Positions 56,663-64,000 of a stretch of 64,000 bases of DNA are shown here, piece by piece. The position numbers and the translations under genes are program-made. The notes below the pieces were generated by a model. That model searched no databases. It worked only from the letters and a program-made list of their open reading frames with translations, and was not told the origin of the DNA. The DNA is from a virus. Position 1 is the first letter of the stretch, and each line of letters starts with the position of its first letter. The stretch lies in the IMG/VR virus record IMGVR_UViG_3300027801_001565; one strand, given 5' to 3'.

Positions 56663-57124
56663 TTATATCTTTCCGCCTTTTGATGTATTCACATATAATC
56701 TAATCTGTTCTAAATCAGTTTCTGATAAAAGTCTTAGCGCTTCCTTAGCTTTCATAAAACTATACCCAAAAAACTTCTGTACTACTTCTATATTCTCTTC
56801 TTCAGTTTTTAACCATTTACTGTATCGTTTAGACTTTCGTATAACTGAGGATAAGAAGTCAAACTGTAATTTATTGTCCAGGTGAGGCCTAGCGTTCATC
56901 TCGTTACCAGCTATAACCGTATCTTTACCAAACCCCATAGAGCGATTAACAATAAAGGGATTATATTCCTTCTCTGTAGTTTCGTCTACTATGAGGTTTT
57001 CTTTAGTGTAGTTAATTGCATTAGCAAAGTCGAATGGAGAGATCTTTTTACGTTTTGTAACGAAGTCTTCTTCATTAACGTCTACGACAGGATCTCCAAA
57101 ACCTTCTAAAATTGAATCTACCAT
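56663..57124 (-). CDS. clamp loader small subunit (T4 gp62)
   Basis: Y.PFIVNR, NEMN, RK.KRYSKW.K, YS..KA.EAL. Confidence 0.9.
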   Translation of the reverse strand: MVDSILEGFGDPVVDVNEEDFVTKRKKISPFDFANAINYTKENLIVDETTEKEYNPFIVNRSMGFGKDTVIAGNEMNARPHLDNKLQFDFLSSVIRKSKRYSKWLKTEEENIEVVQKFFGYSFMKAKEALRLLSETDLEQIRLYVNTSKGGKI

Positions 57125-57306
57125 TGGTGTAATACTCCTGCACATATAAAGAAGCATGTAATAAAGTTAACCATAACGACTATTGTTCTCATTACAGCTA
57201 CTGCATCTGCGTCTTTAGTATTATCTGATGCTTTGTCGCCTAACGACTTCGCCCACAATTTCCATAGTCTAGTTAAAGCCAAAATCATTATCCTTCGAGT
57301 CCTCAT
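57118..57306 (-). CDS. small membrane protein (W..W..ALG family)
   Basis: LWKLWAKSLG.KA...AD.VA..RT. Confidence 0.6.
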   Translation of the reverse strand: MRTRRIMILALTRLWKLWAKSLGDKASDNTKDADAVAVMRTIVVMVNFITCFFICAGVLHQW

Positions 57307-57442
57307 AACACTTCATAAGCATCTGCGAAAGTGTTAAATTTAATCCTTTAGCTCTTTCCTGCATTTCTTTCTTTTTTGTAGGAGTTGCCCTTACATGTAT
57401 CTGTAATGTCTTTGCTTCGGAGGGTGTTTTCTGTTTTGTCAT
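57269..57442 (-). CDS. ribbon-helix-helix-like small protein
   Basis: IHVRAT...K..MQERAK..NLTLSQM; ATGA overlap with gp44 stop. Confidence 0.55.
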   Translation of the reverse strand: MTKQKTPSEAKTLQIHVRATPTKKKEMQERAKGLNLTLSQMLMKCYEDSKDNDFGFN

Positions 57443-58380
57443 TTCGTGAACTCCACGTTTGCCATAATTTCTGTTAAACAAGCAGTAAGGTTAATTTCCT
57501 GATCTGCTACAAATGCTGCCTTGTACTGATAATCTGCAATTAAAAGAACCAACTGAGGTATTGACTTAACCTGAGGAAGTAGGATGTCGTATATCTGACG
57601 AAATATTCCTTGAGGGTCTGTGTCCACATTGTTCACTACCCATTGTCTCATCTTCTTCCAGTCTTTAGCCTTGAGGCTCTCAGCAAGTGCCTTAGCATTT
57701 ACTTCCTGGAAGTTACTAAGTATACCCTCATCTATAGAACCGCCACTAGAGTATCGTTGTAGCTCATTTAGCACCCTTCTATAGTCCGGAAAGTACTTCA
57801 TTAGGAGCTCAGCAACCACTTTCTCATTGTACTCGATCCCTTCACTATCTAGTATATACTTCATCCTAACCATAAACTTAGATGCTAGTTCAGGGCGATC
57901 TGAGGGATTAATCTTAAAGTCTACAACCGTTGTTCTGCTATGTAAGGGAGCAATTAGTTTGTTAGCATAGTTACATGTAAAGATAAACCTACAGTTCTCA
58001 GAGAACGTCTCTATAAACGCCCTGAGAGCAGGTTGTACACTTTCCCTGTTCATGTAGTCTGCCTCATCGAGGATTACTACCTTAGTCTTACCTTCAAAGG
58101 AAACTGCTGATGCGAATTGTTTAATTTTTGTTCTTAGTGTATCAATCTGCCTGCCTTCATCACTACCATTAATGATAATGTAATCGCAACCCAGATCCTC
58201 ACATAACGCACGAGCAAGAGTTGTTTTCCCTGTACCTGCTGTGCCACTTAATAATAAGTTAGGAATCTCACCTTTTTTAATAAACGTTCTAAACGTGTCT
58301 TTAACACTATCAGGAAGGATACAATCCTCTATAGTGCGTGGACGATATTTTTCTACCCACAAAAATTGTCCTACTTCCAT
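57439..58380 (-). CDS. clamp loader large subunit (T4 gp44)
   Basis: LWVEKYRP, GTAGTGKTT, DEAD, PLHSR. Confidence 0.95.
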   Translation of the reverse strand: MEVGQFLWVEKYRPRTIEDCILPDSVKDTFRTFIKKGEIPNLLLSGTAGTGKTTLARALCEDLGCDYIIINGSDEGRQIDTLRTKIKQFASAVSFEGKTKVVILDEADYMNRESVQPALRAFIETFSENCRFIFTCNYANKLIAPLHSRTTVVDFKINPSDRPELASKFMVRMKYILDSEGIEYNEKVVAELLMKYFPDYRRVLNELQRYSSGGSIDEGILSNFQEVNAKALAESLKAKDWKKMRQWVVNNVDTDPQGIFRQIYDILLPQVKSIPQLVLLIADYQYKAAFVADQEINLTACLTEIMANVEFTK

Positions 58381-58455
58381 CTCAACTCCTAATCATAATT
58401 ATAAAAACTTTTTTTGGCCTAAAATCGTGGCCACATTTTCCGAGGGTAAAAAGGT

Positions 58456-59040
58456 CTACTGAAAAGTCTCCTTAACATCAGTCGTATCTGAAAATGCTAA
58501 GTCTATGTGCTTACCTACGGGAGGTTGCTTTACATATGCTAATACATTCTCTGGTGTAGATGCCTCGTAAGGATCTCCATCTAAATTATCACTGAAGCCT
58601 TCTTCTACAAATGCTTTCTCTAATACACCATTGTCATAAACTGCTGCGTATCTCCAAGATCTAATTCCGAAACCGATGTTATCTTTTCTAACATCCATGC
58701 CCATTTTAATTGTAAACTCTGCAGAGCCATCAGGAATAACTTTAACATTAATAAGGCCTAGATCTTCTGCCCACTTTGTACATACAAAGGTGTCATTAAC
58801 AGTAAAGCAATAGATGTCATCTATGCCCCACTCTCTGAACTCCAAGTACAACTCCTCAAACCCAGGCAACTGTTGCTCCGAACATGTAGGAGTAAACGCT
58901 CCTGGTAGTCCAAAGATTACAACTTTCTTGTCTGTAAACAGAGTGTCGTTAACAATGTCAACGAACTTAGATGTACCTGAGGTTGTTGTAACCTTTTTAG
59001 TTAGCTTAAAGGGAGGGATCTCATTTGGAAGACTACTCAT
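58456..59040 (-). CDS. peroxiredoxin (Prx5-like)
   Basis: PGAFTPTCS, VND.FV, RSWRY. Confidence 0.9.
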   Translation of the reverse strand: MSSLPNEIPPFKLTKKVTTTSGTSKFVDIVNDTLFTDKKVVIFGLPGAFTPTCSEQQLPGFEELYLEFREWGIDDIYCFTVNDTFVCTKWAEDLGLINVKVIPDGSAEFTIKMGMDVRKDNIGFGIRSWRYAAVYDNGVLEKAFVEEGFSDNLDGDPYEASTPENVLAYVKQPPVGKHIDLAFSDTTDVKETFQ

Positions 59041-59215
59041 CTACATCTCCATCATCAAAAGGATTCAATTCACCCTTCATCACTTTTCTAACTAAGTTAA
59101 TGGCAGGGTTTGGTCTTGTAAAGATATACTCAACCGTCTCACCATCTCTATTAAGTTCTACGATCCAGCCATTTGAGGCTTCTCTAATAGTAACTTCTAA
59201 TTTTCCTTCGTCCAT
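59033..59215 (-). CDS. hypothetical protein
   Basis: AGGAG RBS; IREASNGWIV. Confidence 0.65.
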   Translation of the reverse strand: MDEGKLEVTIREASNGWIVELNRDGETVEYIFTRPNPAINLVRKVMKGELNPFDDGDVDE

Positions 59216-59224
59216 AATCTACTC

Positions 59225-59881
59225 CTAGATATCTGATGAGCGTTCAAGCGCCAACCAGTATTTAACATCACCTTTGCTACTCTCTAAGAACATGAACTTC
59301 TTTTGTGAGAGAATAACACTATACCCACCTGGAACTACCTTAAAGTTTTCAACTGCTAGACGAGCGTCAAACGTTTTGTCTGTTTGTGCAATAACCTGTT
59401 TAAAGGAATTAGACTTAGGTGTACTAGGGTCGCCAACTGTAATTGTAACTTCTCCATCTTTACCAATGATGCTTAACATAGGTGCTGCTGTAATAGCTGC
59501 TGCCTTCATTATCATATCAATATCGTCTTTTGTTAAGTCGAATTGGAAGAAGTTATCTACTTCGATATTCTTATCAGGGGCACTAACAATAATGTTAGGG
59601 TCTGCATAATAGTATTCAAAGACTGACGTACCTTTACTAACTTTAAGACTCTCGTCTCCAAAGTCAACATCGGTGTCGTCCATAACGGTTAGTAGTGATA
59701 GCAAACTATTTAAATCATAGATTGCAAATTCTTTAGGGAAGCTTTCTGATATCTCAGCTCTGGCAAAAATGTTTTTACCTGTGCTAATTGTCGAAAGTGT
59801 ATTCCCTTCACGAACTAGAATGTTCGTGTTAATTGTGGCAAAGTTCTTGAGTATGTCAAGAGTCTGTTTGCTTAGTTTCAT
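59225..59881 (-). CDS. sliding clamp (T4 gp45)
   Basis: MKLS..T..ILKNFA.IN, FAIYDL..L, Y.LALE..S. Confidence 0.93.
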   Translation of the reverse strand: MKLSKQTLDILKNFATINTNILVREGNTLSTISTGKNIFARAEISESFPKEFAIYDLNSLLSLLTVMDDTDVDFGDESLKVSKGTSVFEYYYADPNIIVSAPDKNIEVDNFFQFDLTKDDIDMIMKAAAITAAPMLSIIGKDGEVTITVGDPSTPKSNSFKQVIAQTDKTFDARLAVENFKVVPGGYSVILSQKKFMFLESSKGDVKYWLALERSSDI

Positions 59882-59969
59882 AATATATCTCCAATATTTA
59901 ATTATCTATAAGTGTATTATAGACTCTTACATAGTATAAGTCAAGGCCCCGAAGGACCAGTTTTACAAA

Positions 59970-60320
59970 TTAGCTAAAGTCAGTTGTAGCTAATAGGGTT
60001 GAACTAACACCAGCCTCGTTGACTGCTATTACTTCCATTGTTACTGCACGTTCAGCACACGCTGCTTGAACTTGTGATCTAGGCTCATTACCTTCTGTAT
60101 CTCTTGCTGCTTTAAAAGCATTCCATACAGCCTCAGTTCCAAACTCGATTTCTGTTACAAGAGTCAACTCATCTTCTGATTGTGCAAACGTAATACCAAT
60201 ACTATTATCAGTAAAATATTCTCGTCTCCATGTGTCATGTTCTGAATTATAGTCAGAGAATTTAGGGATTGCAACACCTGTACTAGGTCTTACGAACGTT
60301 GTTGTTAAAGTATAAGCCAT
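59970..60320 (-). CDS. hypothetical late protein
   Basis: TATAAATA at 60358-60365; AAGGA RBS. Confidence 0.65.
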   Translation of the reverse strand: MAYTLTTTFVRPSTGVAIPKFSDYNSEHDTWRREYFTDNSIGITFAQSEDELTLVTEIEFGTEAVWNAFKAARDTEGNEPRSQVQAACAERAVTMEVIAVNEAGVSSTLLATTDFS

Positions 60321-60370
60321 TTGTTTTGTCCTTAGTTTCTTGTAGTTCTAATGTTATTATTTATAAGAGT

Positions 60371-60691
60371 TTAGTCTGCTAAATAATGTTTTGTGGTATT
60401 ATTATCATGCTCTGAGAGCGCTATAATAGCATAGTGTAAAACTTTCATTAAGTCTTTTCTATGATCGTCGGTAGAACCTTTTTTACCATATCGCTGTGCA
60501 TACTTTAGAATATTTCCTATAGTAAACCCAACACCGTGTCCACAATCACTAATGAATTCCGTGGACTGGAATTTATTCCTACTGTAATGTCCAGAGTAGG
60601 TGCCATCAATATAAGTTTGGAGCTCTTCTATTAGAGCTCCCTCGTTAAACTTATAATCAATGTCATATTGTTTCATTAATTTATTCGCCAT
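60371..60691 (-). CDS. DUF3310-like protein
   Basis: TY..HY, GF.IGNILKYAQRYGKK, DLMKVLHY. Confidence 0.75.
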   Translation of the reverse strand: MANKLMKQYDIDYKFNEGALIEELQTYIDGTYSGHYSRNKFQSTEFISDCGHGVGFTIGNILKYAQRYGKKGSTDDHRKDLMKVLHYAIIALSEHDNNTTKHYLAD

Positions 60692-61859
60692 CTGTATGGA
60701 TCTCCTGTTCAGTTGTTTCATCAACTCCTTCAGCTAATTCTACTGAAGGATCTACCTTGGCGTATAAATCTATAAACGCCTCTTTGGTGTCATCGTCAAA
60801 CCTGTTAACACAAAGTTGGACTGCTTTAGTCTTGTCTTTGAAAACTGCGTATGCGTTAACAATATGCTCGAGTCTACGTGTTGAAATCAACTCGTCTATG
60901 GCACCTTCGTAATATGTCTTACGAATAACATCACTCCAAGTTACAAGATGAGTAGCAAAGTCTTCGTCTAGGTTGTTCACCCTTTCCATTTTCTTCATTA
61001 CAATCTTTTTCTCGGTAGCCATTGTAGGGTACTCCTGCTCCACGGTAATAGCAAACCTTTCTAGGAATGCCTCATCGAGGATGTTGGCGGAAATAAATTT
61101 GCCGTCATCTGAACCTCGACCCTTAGTATTGGCCGTAGCCACTAAGTTAAACCCTGGAGCAGGAGTTATAGTATCGCCTGTCTTCTTGTTGAAATAAGGC
61201 TTCCCCTCAAGGATGGCTTGTAAGCACATCAACTTGTTTGAACCCCTATCTACTTCATCAAGAATGAGAACAGCGCCCCGCTTCATAGCGGTGAGGACGG
61301 GCCCTTCTCTATACACGACGTTACCATCAACTAGAGTATTTCCACCTATCAAATCGTCCTCATCGGTTTCAATACTTATATTAACTCGTATGGCTTCACG
61401 TTTAAGATTAGCACATACTTGTTCAACCATTGTCGTCTTACCATTACCTGATAATCCGCTAATGAAAATTGGGTAGAACATACTTGTAGAAAGAACTGTC
61501 TTTAAGTCCTTGTAGAAACCAAACGGGACGAATGTCTCATCTTTATTTGGGATCAAGTTATCTACAGTTACATTCAAAATTGCCTGAGTCAAAATCGCTG
61601 GAGCCGGAGCTACCGTTGCTTGATTTGTTTGGACTACTGCCAAGGGCACAGCCTGTGCAACTTGTCCACCAAACATTGTAGTAAGATTATAAATCCCACG
61701 CTCAACCTTGACTTCAGGTTTGCCGTTTATCAACCACGCTGGGAAGCCAAGTCCAATGGACGCTGCTGCCTCGATGATTGCCTTACGGGTAAATACACCA
61801 GTACCGTTGTCTTGTGACTGCAGTGTCTGGATTAAGTTTTCTCTGTCTATCATTTTCAT
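60681..61859 (-). CDS. CobS-like MoxR-family AAA+ ATPase
   Basis: GLSGNGKT, LDEVD, ATANTKG.G, EAFLERF, ISTRRL. Confidence 0.9.
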   Translation of the reverse strand: MKMIDRENLIQTLQSQDNGTGVFTRKAIIEAAASIGLGFPAWLINGKPEVKVERGIYNLTTMFGGQVAQAVPLAVVQTNQATVAPAPAILTQAILNVTVDNLIPNKDETFVPFGFYKDLKTVLSTSMFYPIFISGLSGNGKTTMVEQVCANLKREAIRVNISIETDEDDLIGGNTLVDGNVVYREGPVLTAMKRGAVLILDEVDRGSNKLMCLQAILEGKPYFNKKTGDTITPAPGFNLVATANTKGRGSDDGKFISANILDEAFLERFAITVEQEYPTMATEKKIVMKKMERVNNLDEDFATHLVTWSDVIRKTYYEGAIDELISTRRLEHIVNAYAVFKDKTKAVQLCVNRFDDDTKEAFIDLYAKVDPSVELAEGVDETTEQEIHTDGE

Positions 61860-61905
61860 ATTGTAGTCCTCACTAATTTATGTTGTTTCTTCATTTTATA
61901 CATGT

Positions 61906-61934
61906 ATTATGCACTCTTTAGAAGCTTTTGTCAA
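61906..61934 (-). promoter_or_regulatory. early promoter
   Basis: TTGACA-N17-CATAAT. Confidence 0.75.
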
Positions 61935-61967
61935 GCATTCTTTTGAATTCTTTTTAGGGTCTATGAG

Positions 61968-62040
61968 AGGGGCTATTATAGGGTATGCCTTAGTATACCC
62001 TTGGGTACTAAAACCCCTTAGAGGGGTGCTAGTAGAGCCG
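61968..62040. repeat. dispersed ~72-bp structured element, copy 2
   Basis: Aligns with 43428-43499; internal hairpins gggtat/ataccc and cccct/agggg. Confidence 0.75.
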
Positions 62041-62060
62041 TTTTTGGTGCTTTTTATCAT

Positions 62061-64000
62061 CTAAGCTACTAACTCTATGATCTTATTGAGGAAAGTCCTT
62101 GAACTCTTCTTGGTCTTATTGAAGTTTCTAAAGCCCCTCAGTAAGTCTCCCTTCTTGGCTGACTTCACTATAAGTTCCTCATTCCCTACGTCTAAATCCT
62201 TGTTACCTTTAATAAGGAACCGAGCATTGTAACCGAAAGTAGGTGTTACTAAGGTAAACTTGTCTTTAAGAATCTCTTTCCAAGTTGTCTGCTCCCAGTC
62301 TCTTGTTACCCATCTAGGAGAGTTCTCACCATCCATCCATGCTGCTGAAAAACATTCTCTGTGGAATGCGTCTTTCTTGCCGTCTACAATGTGGAAGTTT
62401 ATTACTGTTGAACCTGTAATTCTTTTGTAATGTTCTAGCATCGTATGGATTGAGACACCATCGTATCTGCTGAATGATTCTTTGGATGGGAGCTTAGTTA
62501 CAACCGGTCCGTCTTTAATTGCTATTTGATCGTTGTATACATAACTGCTACCGTTTTTACCTGTCTCTTCTGAATCTCTGGAGTGATCTCTGTAAACTAT
62601 TTGGTCTGTAGCGCCGCCGTCTGTTAGGAATATTGTAGTAAGAACTTCAACATTATATTTCTTTTGGAATCTTTCTGCCATTGAGAATGATGACAACACA
62701 CAATTAGTAAGTGGAGTACCGCCTAGACTTAAATATCTATTTCTGATCTGTCCAAAATAAGTACTCTGATCTTTGCCACCCCATTGTCTGGAATAGTTAT
62801 TGTAGCCTACTTTCATTAGTAGTAGGTAGCTAACTGCATTTATAAACTCTGACTTCTTACAAGTAGAGCTAAGTAAATGTACTAGCCTAAAACCATCGTT
62901 TGTTAAAATCATCTCACCATTAGGTGTGTCTGCTAGAATCTTTTTCTCAACTTCTTTGTTCTGAGAGAATGGACCTGAAGTATCTTCTACCCACTCACCT
63001 GAGTCATTGTAAAATCCATCTGAATGTCTATCTGAAAATCCATACACATCAAATGGTATGTTTATTTTTCTGCAGAACAATGCCATGTTAAGCATCTGTT
63101 CTATTGTTCCTGCCATTGATCGTTGCATACTACCTGAAAGGTCTACATACATTATTATACCGTGGTTCTTACCATTAGGAACCATTGTAGTTGAGTGGAA
63201 TAAATCCTCTGTCAACTTGTATGCCCAGAGCTTGTCCTCATTCAACTTACCTGTTTTAGAAGTTTGATTCTTCTTAGAAGATGCTGCTGCCTTCTTCATC
63301 TCAAATTGCTGAGCCATTGAAGCTATAATTGGATTGGAGTTTCTTATGAACTCTTGGTACATGCCATTAGCAATAGCCTTGTACTCTGATTTTGGAACGT
63401 CTTGTGTGTCCCAGTAGTCTGTACCAGTAACCTTCTGTAGGTCTATGGACTTGTCCCAGTCATATAGGTTGTCCATTGAGATGACTAGTTCATCACCTTT
63501 AAATCTTTTTGGGAGGGTCAAGTAAACTATTGGCTGAGCATCAAGTTGAACCAATGTTTCTTCATTAAGTCTAAACTCATCATCTGTAATTGACTTCTGT
63601 CCACCTTGGCTTAGGAAGTCATGCATCTTTTTAGTTTCTTTTATTTCTTCTTCTATCTTTGCCTGCTTCTTCTCAGCCTCTTCTCTCGCTTCGAGGTATT
63701 CGTTGTTAGCTTTTTGCTCAGCTTCTTGCTTTGCTCTTTGCTTTTCGTATTCTGCTTGACGTTTAGCTCTTTCTTCTTTATACTCCTCATTTTTACGATC
63801 CCAATACTCATCGTCTGTCTCGTCTTCGCCTTGCTCACCGCCTGGTGTGCCTGGTTTTGGGTTTCCGTCTTCATCTGTATCTTCAGATGAGCTGTTACCT
63901 TCACCTGCTTCGTCGGACTCTTCTTCTTCACCTTCTTCGTCTGAAGATTGATCGCCAAAGTCACTACGCTGAGGTTCACCTTGTTGTTCCTCGCTTAATT
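62061..64000 (-). CDS. CobT-like vWA-domain protein, 5' end beyond the window
   Basis: DLSGSM MIDAS motif, GGTPL, FLTDG; frame stays open through an acidic linker to the window edge. Confidence 0.85.
   Translation of the reverse strand, partial: LSEEQQGEPQRSDFGDQSSDEEGEEEESDEAGEGNSSSEDTDEDGNPKPGTPGGEQGEDETDDEYWDRKNEEYKEERAKRQAEYEKQRAKQEAEQKANNEYLEAREEAEKKQAKIEEEIKETKKMHDFLSQGGQKSITDDEFRLNEETLVQLDAQPIVYLTLPKRFKGDELVISMDNLYDWDKSIDLQKVTGTDYWDTQDVPKSEYKAIANGMYQEFIRNSNPIIASMAQQFEMKKAAASSKKNQTSKTGKLNEDKLWAYKLTEDLFHSTTMVPNGKNHGIIMYVDLSGSMQRSMAGTIEQMLNMALFCRKINIPFDVYGFSDRHSDGFYNDSGEWVEDTSGPFSQNKEVEKKILADTPNGEMILTNDGFRLVHLLSSTCKKSEFINAVSYLLLMKVGYNNYSRQWGGKDQSTYFGQIRNRYLSLGGTPLTNCVLSSFSMAERFQKKYNVEVLTTIFLTDGGATDQIVYRDHSRDSEETGKNGSSYVYNDQIAIKDGPVVTKLPSKESFSRYDGVSIHTMLEHYKRITGSTVINFHIVDGKKDAFHRECFSAAWMDGENSPRWVTRDWEQTTWKEILKDKFTLVTPTFGYNARFLIKGNKDLDVGNEELIVKSAKKGDLLRGFRNFNKTKKSSRTFLNKIIELVA

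Noticed and set aside
313-63890. Numerous short plus-strand ORFs in the track
   Set aside because: Antisense shadows of well-supported minus-strand genes; only those at 1724, 2001, 11367 and 12706 have RBS, promoter or coupling support
63653-63979. Separate 108-aa Lys-rich ORF
   Set aside because: Alternative frame of the acidic linker of the CobT-like gene, whose own frame is open to the window edge
60681-64000. Cobalamin biosynthesis (cobS/cobT) feeding the B12 rSAMs
   Set aside because: MoxR AAA+/vWA pairs of this type are common in T4-like phages and no cobN or other cob genes are present in the window; no sequence support for a B12 role
1-64000. Cyanophage assignment
   Set aside because: Shares gene families with cyanomyoviruses, but no photosynthesis genes are in this window and NfuA looks gammaproteobacterial; the host cannot be fixed from this window

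Overview
A 64-kb segment of a large T4-like myovirus genome, almost all coded on the minus strand. It carries the T4 replication/recombination core (gp45, gp44, gp62, regA, gp43, uvsX, gp41, gp61, rnh), nucleotide metabolism genes (nrdA, nrdB, thyX, mazG), a CobS-like AAA+/CobT-like vWA pair, hsp20, tRNA-Thr(TGT), spanins and a block of late virion/internal-head proteins. Sigma70-type early promoters and T4 late TATAAATA boxes are visible. The gene set resembles marine T4-like phages, and the host may be a heterotrophic gammaproteobacterium (inference from NfuA; no photosynthesis genes in this window). Many tailoring enzymes are scattered through the core: two paralogous B12-binding radical SAM proteins, a third radical SAM, an adenylate-forming enzyme, a sulfotransferase, three SGNH-like proteins, a QueC-like ATPase, a prolyl-hydroxylase-like 2OG-Fe(II) oxygenase, a heme-c/copper monooxygenase, a glycosyltransferase, UDP-glucose dehydrogenase and NfuA. 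Main observations: (1) a His-rich ligase-fold protein plus HxGH nucleotidyltransferase pair that looks capsid-targeted; (2) an A9 slippery site with hairpins that would fuse two head-protein ORFs by -1 frameshift; (3) a monooxygenase cassette flanked by a 40-bp direct repeat; (4) a non-coding 36-37-bp periodic repeat array next to a G-rich tract; (5) dispersed promoter/stem-loop cassettes and a shared operator-like motif. All product calls come from motif recognition by eye; no database search was run.
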